Origin: Octopus bimaculoides
Lineage: Eukaryota
DNA length: 64,000 nt
Assembly: GCF_001194135.2 (NCBI RefSeq)
Contig: NC_068981.1
Coordinates: forward strand, 128,806,274 to 128,870,273
Reading direction: 5' to 3'
Positions 1-13,800 of the stretch are shown piece by piece. The notes under the pieces were generated by a model, which was given only the letters and a program-made list of their open reading frames with translations, was not told where the DNA came from and ran no database searches. The position numbers and the translations under genes were made by a program. The first letter of the stretch is position 1. Every line of letters starts with the position of its first letter.

Positions 1-660
1 CAGAGCTCAAAAGGGCATTACACAAATATGCAATCAAGGAGAAACACAAATATGAAGAAAATACACACTTTCAACACACACAAACACATCCATCTTAAGA
101 AAGATGAAATGCTTTATTGTTGGTTCTCAAACACTCTGGCCACCACTTAATAAAATCCATATTGCATGTTTTATTTTATAGTTCATTTAAGTAAAAATTT
201 GTTTGATTATCAGGAAAAATGTCTTGATGTATGAAGATTGCCAGAAATTATGTGAAGAAACTTGCCAGGATTCAGTTTCAATTTGATAGAATTTTTGTTT
301 GAGGAATGATGAACAGAGCAGATTAGATTAATATAAAGTTGGGGTCACCAATGATTTTATGTCAAGAATGGGATATTTTCACAAAGATGTTCCCAAATCC
401 CAATTCAGAGTAGTTTTTGAAGTGGATATTGATATCATTTCTACATTATCAAAATGATAAATTATGTCATTCAAGGAGGAAATAAAATCTACTTCAAGCA
501 CTTATGAAACTCAAGATCTTGCATAATTACAGAATCTTGTCACTACTGTGAACAGTAAAAAGTTTCCCAAGCAAAATATATCACTAAACTTAAAACTTAT
601 ACCAAATATATCCTCAAACTTAAAAGTTACACCAAGTAGCCATGAAATAAGAACATTCAA
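1..660 (+). pseudogene. Decayed GIY-YIG/T5orf172-like coding relic, possibly with an upstream Bro-N-like segment
   Basis: One frame (~285-455) reads NFCLRNDEQSRLD*YKVGVTNDFMSRMGYFHKDVPKSQFRVVFEVDID, like the T5orf172 pattern (ilrn...YKIG.T.d...R....p..f.vv). Multiple stops; recognised by eye only. Confidence 0.4.
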
Positions 661-796
661 ACAAGCTTCAGGAGCTTTGTGGCAATTTTTCTAAAGCATT
701 ACTCTCCTACTATTACAATTTTGAAGAGACATACACAAATAAGAACTAATAACAAGTAGATTAAAACTAAAACAGGGTTTTTTTAGACTTGATATT

Positions 797-1850
797 GTTA
801 CGAACGCCCGCACATGAAGCACCTCCTTAACGAAGAGAGAACTCGCACGCGCGCGAATGTCGAACGCTCGCCACGGGCCACCAATAAGCCCCGGCTGGAG
901 CACGCAGCGAAGAACAACACAGGCAAAAGGAGGGGAGGAAGAAACAACACGGAGACCATACGTTGGGTAGCGGAACTAACCCTTTCTTTTTACATGATCA
1001 AAACATCATCAATACATTACATAACAATTCAATAGCATATAATGGCGCATGCAACATAATCAAGGGTTTGCAATCGTTACATAAACAAGAGTTCGCACAT
1101 CGAGTCCTTTAAAAGTTCTTTCTTTTCTTCGTTTTCTTTTCAGTTACACATGTAAAAGTTCTTTCCTTTCTTTCTCTTTCAAGNNNNNNNNNNNNNNNNN
1201 NNNNNNNNNNNNNNNNNNNNNNNNNNNNNNNNNNNNNNNNNNNNNNNNNNNNNNNNNNNNNNNNNNNNNNNNNNNNNNNNNNNNNNNNNNNNNNNNNNNN
1301 NNNNNNNNNNNNNNNNNNNNNNNNNNNNNNNNNNNNNNNNNNNNNNNNNNNNNNNNNNNNNNNNNNNNNNNNNNNNNNNNNNNNNNNNNNNNNNNNNNNN
1401 NNNNNNNNNNNNNNNNNNNNNNNNNNNNNNNNNNNNNNNNNNNNNNNNNNNNNNNNNNNNNNNNNNNNNNNNNNNNNNNNNNNNNNNNNNNNNNNNNNNN
1501 NNNNNNNNNNNNNNNNNNNNNNNNNNNNNNNNNNNNNNNNNNNNNNNNNNNNNNNNNNNNNNNNNNNNNNNNNNNNNNNNNNNNNNNNNNNNNNNNNNNN
1601 NNNNNNNNNNNNNNNNNNNNNNNNNNNNNNNNNNNNNNNNNNNNNNNNNNNNNNNNNNNNNNNNNNNNNNNNNNNNNNNNNNNNNNNNNNNNNNNNNNNN
1701 NCTTCAATCCCTGTTCTCGTATTTATCACAAAATACCGTAGCTCAATCGTGCTACCTTACCCCCTCCCAAAGCTGGGTCAGTTCAGTACGATTCCTATCC
1801 TGCTTTTTTTTAACTTTCGCTGACCGGAAAGGGGAAGCGATCACTCCTAC
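797..1850. mobile_element. CpG-rich LTR-like insertion spanning an N-gap
   Basis: Abrupt GC/CpG-rich block starting TGTTACG (LTR-type terminus); other end not identified because of gap 1184-1701. Confidence 0.35.
1184..1701. other. Assembly gap (N run)
   Basis: Other gaps: 25560-25569, 27022-27231, 41487-41568, 43798-44048, 46856-46963, 59374-59399, 61697-61724. Confidence 1.
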
Positions 1851-1899
1851 GCTAAAAATAGCTGTGGTTGCTGACAAGACAAAGGAAATGCCATTGTCC

Positions 1900-3370
1900 C
1901 CAACAACCAGAATACGGTTTCAAAACCCAGCTCGGGAGATAGGGATATAACACTAATTGTATTTTCGGTGGTCGCATCAATATCATTCATGTACAAACCT
2001 AAACAACAAACACCAATTGAAAAATGTGTCTGGTACCTTGATGATGCTTGTCTGGGAGACCCTCCTGACAAAGTGCTTGCAACTGTGAAGACAATTATTG
2101 AGGAACTTGGTCATAGAGGTGTTAGCGTTAACAGCTCCAACTGCGAGTTCTGGTTCCTCAATCACCCAGCTTCGCATGAGCAGACTACTGAACTATTTAT
2201 TTGTTGATTCTCTCCCCTCAATTGTGATTCCTCCTTCATCAGCATGGTACTCCCTTGGAGCCCCAATTACTGACCTAGCTTTTGAGTCTATCTTTAGATC
2301 CAACATGGCTAGCCGCAAACAACTTCTAAAAAAACCCTTGAAGTAACTGAGCCCCACTAAGGTTTTTTTATACTTAGGAATTACTTGTTGATTCCTAAGC
2401 TATTGTATTTTCTGAGAGTTAGTCCCTCTTATAGATTCCTGTCATCCCTCCAATAATTTGATGATCTAATCTTCAGAAAACTGAAATGCTTGGTAAATGT
2501 CAAACTCTCCCCAGGCTCCTGCAACCAAATGCTTGGGGTTCTAGGTCTGCACAAGTGCTCATCTTTATCTCTTCCCTGTTTTCTTTCTTCAATCCACACT
2601 TGCTCCTCTTTGATAGGCAACATTCTCTCCTCAGTTCTGGTTACAGTGGAGGATAGACGGAAACAGAGAGAATGGGACAATCTGCGTTCAGGTGTCACTT
2701 TCAACTTTCTCCTTCATCAATCTGATCAATTTTCAAGGTGTCGCCTACTTTCAGCTTGAGCAAAATTCTCAGGAGACTGGATTGATGCCCTGCCTGTGGC
2801 CAACATTGGAGGTCTACTCAGTCTAGACGAACTCCACATCTCCATCGCACTCAGAGTGAGAGCTGACATCTGTAGGGGACTAAGATGCCACTGTGGTAGT
2901 CCCTTCCACACAACAGGTCTTTAGGGTCTGTCTTGCCACCTAAATGCTGGGCACTTCACTTGTCACACCAAGCTAAACCTAATCATTAAGCAGGCCCTGG
3001 CTCGGATTAATATTCCCTCAGTTCTGGAGCTGTCAAGGTTATCCAGAAGTGATGGAAAGAGACCAGGTGGGTTAAAAGTAGGTGCCTCATTTGGGACACC
3101 ATAGTCTGTGAGTCCTTTGCTCCCTCTTACATCCTGGATGCTGCAGTTAATGGGAGGGTTACTGCTTTCACAGCTGAATGGAAAAAACCCTGAAGCATTG
3201 AGACCTGACAGTGAACTACCTCATCCAACCTGTGGAGTTTGAGACATTTAGCGGGACTGGGCCACTGACCATGAAGTTCTTGTCAAGGTTGGTAGCTCGC
3301 CTCACCGAGCCATCAAGTGATGCCCATGAGGCAAGCTCTCTGGTAATTTTCTTTCATGCAAATAAATGTT
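1900..3370 (+). mobile_element. Decayed CRE-clade non-LTR retrotransposon (RT + restriction-like endonuclease), 5'-truncated
   Basis: WYLDDACLG (RT), SLGAPI, LPVANIGGL, RCHCG...GLSCH...CHTKLNLIIKQAL...IPSVLE..LSRSDGKRPGG (CCHC + RLE region), YLIQPVEFETFSGTGP; AATAAA at 3361; many stops and frameshifts. Confidence 0.85.
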
Positions 3371-3948
3371 TATGTTGATTTTAAAATTTGCCAGCAAAAT
3401 CTTATAAAATGACAATGTTCTCAAAGATGTACATGTTTATATGTTATATATGAACATAAAAATTGTTACAAGCTAAAAAGAAATCCAATATAAATTTTAT
3501 ACAAAAATGGCAATTTCTATCTTTCTGTCTGTTACTATCTTGTTGCCTAAACCAGTAAACCAATCTTCACGAAACTTTGCCTACATGTTAAACTAACATC
3601 CAGTTCAATTATAGACTAACTGGATTTCAATAAAAATCTATAATGGGCCCCCTAGTAGAGTTAGGCTATTATATATAACTCCAAGCTAATTAAAATCATC
3701 ATCAACTGGATACACTAAAAGTGAATATGGGTGAAAAGCAGATTTTAATAGGATGTAGAGCAGGAATATTTCAACGACAAATATTTTTCATTGGAAACAA
3801 GCAAAGACACACAACTGAATTGTGAAAAATATCACTTGCAATTTACAAAATCCTTTCAAGCTAATGAGAGCTTCTACATGGTCTATTAGAAATAGAAGAA
3901 AAACATCCCTCAAACCCAATCCTACCATCCTGAATAAGAACAAATGAG

Positions 3949-3974
3949 TTAATGTGGTTCTGAATACAGTATAC
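3949..3974 (-). CDS. Putative terminal coding exon of left-hand gene (G-ILYSEPH-stop)
   Basis: Acceptor catttttccag|; phase-1 join to 7477 gives GILYSEPH*; ATTAAA on minus strand ~200 nt downstream (3744-3749). May be only an alternative end. Confidence 0.35.
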
Positions 3975-6900
3975 CTGGAAAAATGATAGGATTGTCATAG
4001 CTGAAATATCTTTGATTATAGTTTTGTTTGATTAGAGATGACTAAGAGTTAATCAAGAGTTTATATAATGTAACTCCTACGAAACAGACTTCAATCAGAA
4101 ACATCGAGGCAAGAGAACCTAATACCCAAACCTTTCTCTCAACACCAACAAATATAAAATCCTGTCCACATGCATCCCCCAGGTTGTGGAAATGGAAATT
4201 AATAAAGTATGAACACTAATTTGGAGATACAGCCTGTAATTCCACCTTTGCAGAAACCTCTGTATCCTTTTATTCTTTTACTTGTTTCAGTCATTTGACT
4301 GCAGCTATGCTGGAACACCACCTTAAAGGGTTGTAGTTGAAGAAATCTATCACAAGACTTATTCTTTGTAAGCTTAGTACTTATTCTATCAGTTTCTTTT
4401 GCTGAACCGCTAATTTACAGGGACATAAACACACCAGTATCAGTTGTCAAGCAATGGCCGGTGGGGGGTGGGGGGAGCTGACAAAAACACATATAAATAT
4501 ATATATAAACCAAGTTAAATAAGGCCGGTTAATGGGATTACCCTGAGTCTCACGTCCATAAAGTGCTTAGCTTTACAGCACATCAGCAGATCCCAAAACC
4601 TGTTGGTTTAATGCCTCTCTATGATGGGCTTCTTCCAGTTTCTGTCTACCAAATCCACTCACAAGGCTTTGGTCAGCCCAAGGCTATAGTAAAGGACATT
4701 TACTCAAGGTGCCACGTAGTGGGACTGAACCCAGAACCATGTGGCTGGGAAGCTAGCTTCTTACCACAGAGCCACGCCTGCACCTGTATATATTAATGAT
4801 TTTAAAACCTAAAATCATGATTCATACATTTGTGTACAAAAAATTATTTTTTCTGAGAAATAATATATATGAGATAACACTTTATACATCCAGCTGCTCC
4901 CCTTACCATTTTTCTGTCTGTATTCTCTATAAATTTTTGTTACTTACAAGCTTTTCTTCTACAAACGTTTTCTAGTTTTTTTTTACATTGCTCTAACATT
5001 ATTGCCAACAGCTACTTAATGCCTTCTCTACTCCCACACTTTGTTTTTAATTGCTTTCAATATGCTTGCTAACAACTAGCCATTCACTCCTCTACCACAC
5101 CTTATTTGCATGTGTGTGCATGCGCACAGATGTATGTGTGTGATACCAATTCAGTTAACCTCATTTCTCAATGCTGTCAACAGTTTTGCCCTGTTTTTTT
5201 TTTTACTAAGTTTAATCATATATTGCTCCCTATCCTCAATACAGCTCACACTTTTCAAACTCACTCCTCTAACTCTTTCATTCTAGTATTTTCATTTTGT
5301 GTCCAAAGTAACAAGACCACTTTGGGCAGATGCAGCTCATTACTATTTTCCTTAGATTTTATTGCTGTGCTGTTTGGTGCCACTTTCCCATCTATCTTTC
5401 CTAACAATAGATTTTAAATACAAATGTGCACAGATGACTGGGAAAGGGTCATCACGTAGAAGTGAAAGTAATAGTGTCAAAACAAGTTCTAAAAGTGAGA
5501 TTTTGTTGGATGTTCAACTTGATGTAACTCCTACTGCCCCATTTCTCATCATCTTGTGTGGCGAGTTAATTATTCTACTAAGACATTATTGCATTCTTAT
5601 TTATTTCCTTATGCATTTCTCGGCAAGCATTTTTTTCATGTATACATACTGTATTGTGTATGTTTAAAAATTGTTATTTTCATACATAGAAGTAGTTGTA
5701 TTCCTCTTATATCCAACCTCTAAAAAGTTGACACATAAATTTTTAGTTTCATTACTCTGCACAATCCTTGTAAATTACTGGACCTCATTTTAAAATTATC
5801 AACCGCTTAGTTTAATTCTCTATCTTGAGTAATTCTTATCCAGAAATTAGATTTCTTTATCAGATTTCTCATGCCCTTATAAAATTACAGAAACACAATC
5901 TCCATATGATCTATGTTAGCTCTTTTAATCCATCCCATCCTAAACAATCTCTACAATACTACACTTACATGTATCAAAGTTGAAAGAAATTTGATTTTAA
6001 TATGACAAAGTTTTCTTTAAGAAGTTGGAACAGAGAGTGGAGAATGAGCTACTTGGCAATATATTTTGATATCTCACTGTGTGAGTTCAAATCCTATTGA
6101 GATTTGTAACAAGCAATAGAAGATAAAGTTAAGTTAGAACAGTAATGTGATGTATAGGAGATAGAAGTTATGTTACCAGTTTGACAAAATAGAATGACAA
6201 TACCACATTGGCTTGGTTAGTATGTATGTAAGAAATATCAGAAGGCAATGTTTTTTGTTAATAAACATAACACTTTTATTCCTTGATGGTAGTTCACACA
6301 TGTAATAGTAGAAAAATACACCCCTAGGTAATTAAAGGTTCAAGTTAAATAGCGTGTTGTGAGACAAAAGTTAATTTCTAATAACATACAAGTTAGTTTA
6401 TTTTGTAACTTGAAGGTTTCAAGAATATACAACAAATCCAACAAGTGGCATGCAAAGCAAGTTAGAATCTCACCGAAAAATCAGAGACAACATCTTGTCA
6501 ACTTGAAAGTCCAACAGCAACTGGATGTTTTCATCTCAGTCATCCAATGGCAACTGGTTTTTTGCCTTTGAAAAACATGTGCTTCACTGCTGGGTGGAAG
6601 TTGCCACATGTATTCTTCTGCAACCACCAGTAAATGGACAAAATGGGCATAGCACAAATGTGTTATGCCACCAGAACAAAATAGTGCTAACATGTCTCAC
6701 TACAGATTTATCTATTTTACTCTCCATACAACTGAAGATTGATAAAATAAATTATCAGTTGTATAATAAATAATCAGTTGAATCAAGTACTCTCCTATTC
6801 CTTTTCAAAACTTTAAAGTTGGTCTAATAAATTATAATGATAAAATGTTAAAAAAAACAAGCCAGTTCAATTTTAAGAGATAGCTAAATTTTCAGTCACA

Positions 6901-7476
6901 GCTGGGTAGGTGTAACTAAAATTTAGTTGTCCTTGAACTCCTTCAATGTGTCTTACTTTTATTTAGTCTCTACATATAGCTTTGTATCTAATAAAATAAA
7001 GTCAATGTTTCAGGTGAAAATACAATAAAATATCTTGAGCAGTAATAGTGTGACAGTAGGCTATGAATTATTTATAAGGGAGGAGGGACTAAGCTAAGGA
7101 AAGTGAGACTAAATAAAATAGGAATTTGAACACAATCAAGCAAGAAGAAAGTAGACTACACAAAATCTCTTAACACAGCAAATCAACAACTAAAATTAAT
7201 TTTTCAAAGGAAATATGCTAGCTATTCATTAGATTAAATTAAAAATCAAAAGAGTAAGTCACAACTAATTTATTACGTATGTTGCTCTGTCTCCTAACAC
7301 AGAGAAAGAGAGAGAGTAAGCAAGATTATATTCTCTTATGACAATAAATTATAAATACCATCATGCAATTTATGTGAGAGAGAGGGAGGGAGACTGAGTG
7401 TGACCCTTCAATGCAAAAAATTATATACATATAATGGTTGTTGTGCAAATATGGTGTTTTCTCTCTTTCTTCCTAC

Positions 7477-7607
7477 CTTTTCCAACAGCTTCATCAAAGA
7501 TTTGTCCAGGTAGGTAATCAGCCATCTGCAAATACTGACAGCTTGTGAAGGTGACATATTGTTCACCATTTCCCAAAGCTGATATGAGCAACTGTGCTAA
7601 TTTTAAG
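7477..7607 (-). CDS. Internal coding exon of unidentified left-hand gene (LKLAQLLISALGNGEQYVTFTSCQYLQMADYLPGQIFDEAVGK)
   Basis: Acceptor aatattttcttag|, donor AAG|gtagga, 131 nt, open in phase 2 to phase 1, protein-like composition. Family not recognised. Confidence 0.6.
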
Positions 7608-8589
7608 CTAAGAAAATATTTATGTTACTTTTATTGCTATTACTATTAAGAGTCTTCTTTAAATTCTAGGAAGTGTACATAATCTCTCTCTCTCTCTATT
7701 TGTCTCCATGCAAACATAGTTGGTGGCCCTCCATTCTCCCATCCCGAGCTTGACAAATTTGAGCAGTCATTACTCAAACTATCCTTATATTGCTTCTCAG
7801 CTTTCCCCTCCACTCTACTTGGCCATGGAGGTTCCCTGTCTAATACTATGAAGATAGCCTAATCCCCAGCTGTCTGCCATAGACAGTAAGGGCAAAATGC
7901 AACAATCTCAGGCAATTCCCATCTGCTTGGTAATCAAATACCTAACCCTAACCCTATGTTAGGGAGAGATGTGCTACCATGTTATTCTTGAAGCATGACT
8001 AGTCTAGAAATTCAGGTACTCCAAACAAACTTACCAGTTTACTATAACTCTCAAACCTTCAGCTACCACACTGTGCGCCCCCTTAACAGTATATTATACT
8101 GTGAGCAAGCAGCATTATGGAGAGACTTGACCCCACATCTGACTTGGAGGCTGGGCTGTACAGTAACTAAACTGGGAAAGCAGTAATTGTGAATAAACTT
8201 CTGCAAATGTGAGATGTGGACTCTGCAAGACACAGCAACAGCAATTCTGATTAAAAATTGATGCAATAAGACGAGATCTTTCAATGCTGCCAAACAATCT
8301 CTCTAATGGTAGCAGTATAATAAAATGTATCAAGTTCATGTTATAAAAACATTTGTGATAGGAAGGGTATCTAGTTGTCAAACAAACAAAAATAACATGC
8401 AAAAAACATGACAATCAAATCAATGAACAAACCTAATTCTGTATAAAAAAGCTTCCCATTCTATTGTTGTTCATAGCAGTGTGGTGACCAAATGGGAACA
8501 TCTGGCCATGTGCATGAACCCTTTGGCCATTTACATCAACTCAACTCTTCTTTTCAGATGCAGAAAATAGGCATCAAACAACCCAAACA

Positions 8590-10870
8590 CCACCAGAAAT
8601 TCTCCTCTCCCTGTCAGGTGCAAAACTTCAAGGTTGCCACCATCAACTTTGGCACGATGAAAAGTAAGTCTGAAGAGGATATAGAGATGTTAAAATGGAG
8701 GCAAGTAGATAAGCTGGAGGAGAGCTCAGTCAGACTCCTCATGGGAAAATAACATAGGTGCAAATTCTTCCAGGTAATTTAGAGAAATGTAGACAGAGAA
8801 ATGAATAAAGAAACTCAAATAGTCAGAATGTGATAGAATATTTACCATACAAGTCCATGTATAATACACATCTCAGTTGGTGTACTTAAGTTATCTTAAA
8901 AACATATAATTCTACATATAACATGCAGTGTTGCACAACTGCTAAAGAATTAGATAATCTATTATAGTCCAACATACTAATTTTTTAATATATTATTTTA
9001 AATAAAATATATGAAAGTATAATAAAAAAATTATTTGAAAAATGAAAAAGTTTTACTTTATTTCATAATAAAAATGCATTGGGAAAAATAGGTAGCAGCC
9101 TTGTACTATGTATTCTATGCACCCCTAGTTTTAATATTGATTTTGGTAGGGTAAAGTGTGTAATTAAACATAGAAAGTTTAGGCAAGTCAAAAGCAACAT
9201 GACAGCAACAATAATCTTTGCATGTGTACTACAATTAGGACTGACAGATAAGTGAAAGGTTATTATTTGTATAGGGCCTTCTTGCAGACTATCTTCATAA
9301 CTGATGACAACTTTAATGGACATGCTTAGCAACATCACAGTGGCTAATCTGACAGTCATGGAAGCTATGGTTATGGTATAACAAAATGAAGATAAATTAA
9401 GTCTCTTAAAGTTCTGTGAGCCAAATTACCTTATTTGCAGCATTAACTTAAAGGAAACAGCTAGGCACCCACTTTATCGCCTATCACTCAACTGAACACA
9501 CACAAACAAGTCAGACTTCAGAAAGAACATAGGAAGTTGAAAGATTCCTTGGATAGAGATAGCTTCAAAGAAGTTCTAGATGATGTGCATATTGAGAAAC
9601 AGGTGGAGATAGAAACCCATAACATAGAGACAACAGTCTCTATAAGACAACCTACTCTAAGTCACAGCCTATATCTGGTGGACAGAGCTAGGTTCTAACC
9701 AAGCAGAAGGGGATATGGGCATAGAATGATATGGTAGATAGTGTCATAAAAACTCAAAGACAAACCTGGAAAGAATGGAAAAGTGAAGTGCAAAGAGCAA
9801 TACCAGGTAGCTAGAAGGAGAGCTAGATGTATTTATGTAGTCCAAGATATACAAAACAGATGGAATTGTCACAGCTGGAATGCCATTAACCATAAATCTG
9901 TTGAATCAGAGCTAACTTATAATTAAATAACAACTACAGAAGTAATTCTAGGCAAAAAGCAAAGCACTAGACTTAGCGTTAGCTCAAGGAATAAAACTAA
10001 ATGTATATGAATGGTTTGTGGAAGCCATTTACAGAGAAATTTAATACAGGCTGCCTGTATGCCTATGACCTATTTTTCTTAGCTGAATCTGTTAAAGAGT
10101 TAAAGAAGAAATTGTAAATGTGGAAGCAAGTTCTAGAATCAAGAGATCTTAAAGTAAACACAGTGAAAATGTTTAAAAGTTTTAGTTAACTAGAAAGAAG
10201 ACAGAACTATACTGCAATCTATGAAGTGGCTATGCTTAACTGGCAAAAAGGAACAGAAAAGAATTCAATACTCTTGTTCACTCAATGTGGACAAGAGATG
10301 CAGAAGTATCAGAATGTATAGGAGTAAAGAGTAAGAGCAGCCATGAAATTAATTCTTAGGAAGGTTTAGGTTTCTTCGTAGTTAATGAGTTCTTTTACCT
10401 AGGTGACCTAAGCAGCACTGGAGGAAGGTGTTCTTAAAGTATAAAAACCAGAGAAAGGATGGAGTGGGAAAAGCTAAGCATGCAATCTCTGCTGTCAGTA
10501 AAGGGATTCTCTCTCCAAGTAAGGATCAGATACACTGATAATAGCAAAACATGACCACTGAATGCAGAGCATGTGAACAATGGGACACAAGTGAGCTGAG
10601 AAAAAAATCTGGATATAAAAGTAATCAGATATAGTGTTGTATGGATATAAACCAGATGTAAGCCAAGATGGATATGTGATGTGAATGTAGGATGATATCT
10701 GGATACAGAAGTGCCAAGTGATCTAAGTGGAAGGAACCTGCAAGTGCGAAAGACCAATGAAGACACAAGTGATGGAAGGTAATCTGAAGAAGCTGAACCT
10801 CATGAAAGAACTGTAACAAGTAGCAAGATGCTGTGTTGAAGAAAACATCCAACCCATGCAAGTATTGAAA
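8590..10870 (+). mobile_element. Fragmented RTE-clade LINE (APE endonuclease to C-terminus) with internal deletions and insertion
   Basis: KVATINFGTMK..SEE..EML (APE start), D(D)NFNGHA..HGSYGYG, IWW/WKEWK/YQVARRRA linker, VVNEFFYLGDL.STGG C-terminal motif; heavily disrupted. Confidence 0.8.
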
Positions 10871-13800
10871 AATGAATATAAAATGATGTGGATGAGAGAA
10901 CAAGAAAAATAAACATGTATTTATGATGATTAACACTGTTAAATTACATCTACTTCAAATACAACATAACATTTCAGTAAAGTTCTGAACATCATTTACT
11001 AATGTTCCAAACTTAAATATAAATATATATTTAAGTTGTAAAATTTGAAAATGATAGATATTTTGATTATAATATTACATAGCATTAACTAAGTGAGAAA
11101 ATGAAATCCAGTTTTATCCAGCAAAGCTTTCAAAAACTCAATATTTCATAGAAATACTTCAACATTTCTTTGATCAAGTGAGAATATAACAATTTTATTT
11201 ATATTTCAGCAAATAGTTAATAACAGAGAAAACAAATTAGATTATCTCCACTCAAGAAAATGTACTTCACATGCATAAATATTAAGTTATTGAATTTTAG
11301 ATGACACAGAAATCAATATATCTTTGCTAAAATGCACATGGGAAGATAAAATTCACAACTGCTGGGCTTCAGCTTTCTTGACAAGGTTTTTATGTGAGAA
11401 AATATAAAAAAATTTTTTTGTTTAATGGTCAATGTATTACTAATAATAATTTCAAATTTTGACACAAGGCCAGCAAGTAAGTGTGCAGGAGGGGACTAGT
11501 TGATTACATTGACCCCAGTACTCAACTGCTACTTATTTTATTGACCCCTAAAAGTCAACCTTGGCAGAATTCAAAATCAGAACATAAAGGCGGGCAAAAT
11601 GCTGCTAATCATTTTGCCTGGCATGCTAACAATTCTTCCAGCTCACTGCCTAAAACGTTAATAATAACATGAGAAGAAAGTTAGTGCCTGAGGGATAAAA
11701 CAAACTTCATAGCTTTTTAAACAGTCAAATACAATAAAAGGTCTACATCCACTTGATGTTAAGCAAGTTGCATTCTATCTAATATGCTTAACCAATCACC
11801 TACAGGTGTCTATAGCAAAAGGAGAAATCATCTACAGCCCATTATTTCATGATTGGACACACATGCCACAAAATTACAAATTGAGTGACTGCAATGCTCC
11901 AGCATGGTCATAACATTATTGTTTAAACAAAAATATTCAGGATATAATAAAAATCTGATCCAAGCATACAATAATGAAAAACACATTCAACCAATAGTAG
12001 TGATTTCTAATATTGTATAAAGCAAATTTTTGGTGGGAGAACATAATTGATTAAATGAACCTCAAGCAAAATGAATTTCAGTAAAATTTGAACTCAGAGT
12101 ATAAAGAGTCATAAACTAAATACTGCAAGGTATGTTTTCAAGCAATCTACCTATTCTGTTAATTCTTTAAGAAATCAACTGTCATGGTTGTTGCAGTAAT
12201 GACATTAAATATGCATTTTCTAGAGTGTTACATTACCTCAATAAACTTGACATGTCTCAACAAAAGATAGATTAATATATAAAACTGCTTTCTGCAGTTA
12301 AGGGTAATAAAATTATGAATGAATATATCTGATTTCTACAGTAAAAGGGTCATGCACTGCTTCTCTCTACAGGATTACAATGTCAGCATATAACAATATA
12401 TTGATAATTTTAACAGTATCAGAAAGATAAAGGACTAAGTTAAGCCTGATGGGGTTTCTACTCACAATGTAAAAGCACATATCACAATATTGTAAAGCAT
12501 TTCAACAAACGTACTACCTTATCTCCCATACACTACCAAAACAATTAACAATGATAATAATAGGTACATCATCAATGTTACTAAATTATCTTTTGAATAG
12601 ACCTATCATTGAATTGAAAATGCTTTTAACTGTTGACCTAGTTTTTTACCCATAAAAAGCAAAAAGATTTATCCCTTCTCTCCCATTTTAAATTATTTGA
12701 AATCATGAGAATATTTTTTCATCTCTAATTTCACTTGAACTCCAGTTACAAAGCATCATATATATTCTAATGTGCTGTTTATCAGCCCTTCAATTTCAAG
12801 ATGACAAGCAACTGATACAGGTTATAAATGCATTTATACAATTATTGATCAATAACTATCAAAATATAAACAAAATAAAAACAACAGCTTTGAAAATCAT
12901 GAAATCTAATGGTCAATATAAGAATCAGCATTCGAGAGATGTATAGCAACATTATGCAGACAATATTTTAGTTTCACCATTGTCATAAAGCCAATCAGAA
13001 ACTGGTAGTCTGTGAGCTAATCTTTGGTTGCTTAAACAGAAGTAAAACTGCTGTCTATCCCAACTCTCATAGTTGTCATAGGCAACCTTAGATAAGATCT
13101 CTCTCTCTCTCTCTCCCCCTTTCATTAGTAATTAAATTCTATCTTGGCTTAGCCTCTACAGAATAACTTTTGACAGTTTAAAAAACAAACATTATTTTTG
13201 TCTACCTTTACTTCTTTAGTAATCTGCTCATAAACATTTTGACCTTAAAGACAATAAAATATACTTTGATTATTGTGATAATTTAAGAACTACTATATTT
13301 ACTTCATTTAAGTTATGTTACATTGCATGCCTGTATTCACAATCACATAGTGTGTAATTTTAATTGCATTATTCTACCAACAAGAAACAAAGCATTCTGT
13401 TTTCTAAATATATAGTTGATATACAGAAAATAAAAGGAAGAATTGTATATAATTTATCACTATACATAGCCTTGGGATCAATTCTATCAAGTTTCCACAG
13501 ATGCCTTAGTTTCAAATTTATTCAATTTTCAATGTTTAATTTTAAATGGTTTCAAATTTAATATTGTAAGTCATTATCAACTTAAAATGTTCTTACACTG
13601 CAAGAATGGAATGAAAGTATTACAAAGTATTCTATAGAGGAATTACCACCTAAGGCTGGCATTCAAATATCACAATATGTGAGACTAGAATTAACATCCC
13701 CTGAAAAAAGATTATAAAGTGAAAATGATTTGTGCTGTTATATCACATTGACTGACCCTTCCTTTTACATTTCTCAGAGGAAATTCATGAATACTGACAA

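Noticed and set aside
6430-6700. Coding-like stretch with CYAHFVHLLVV resembling a hAT transposase motif
   Set aside because: No supporting motifs in a consistent frame; stops in all frames between candidate splice sites.
7940-7965. cctaaccctaaccct telomere-like repeat
   Set aside because: Only ~2.5 units inside an apparent dispersed repeat; not an interstitial telomeric array.
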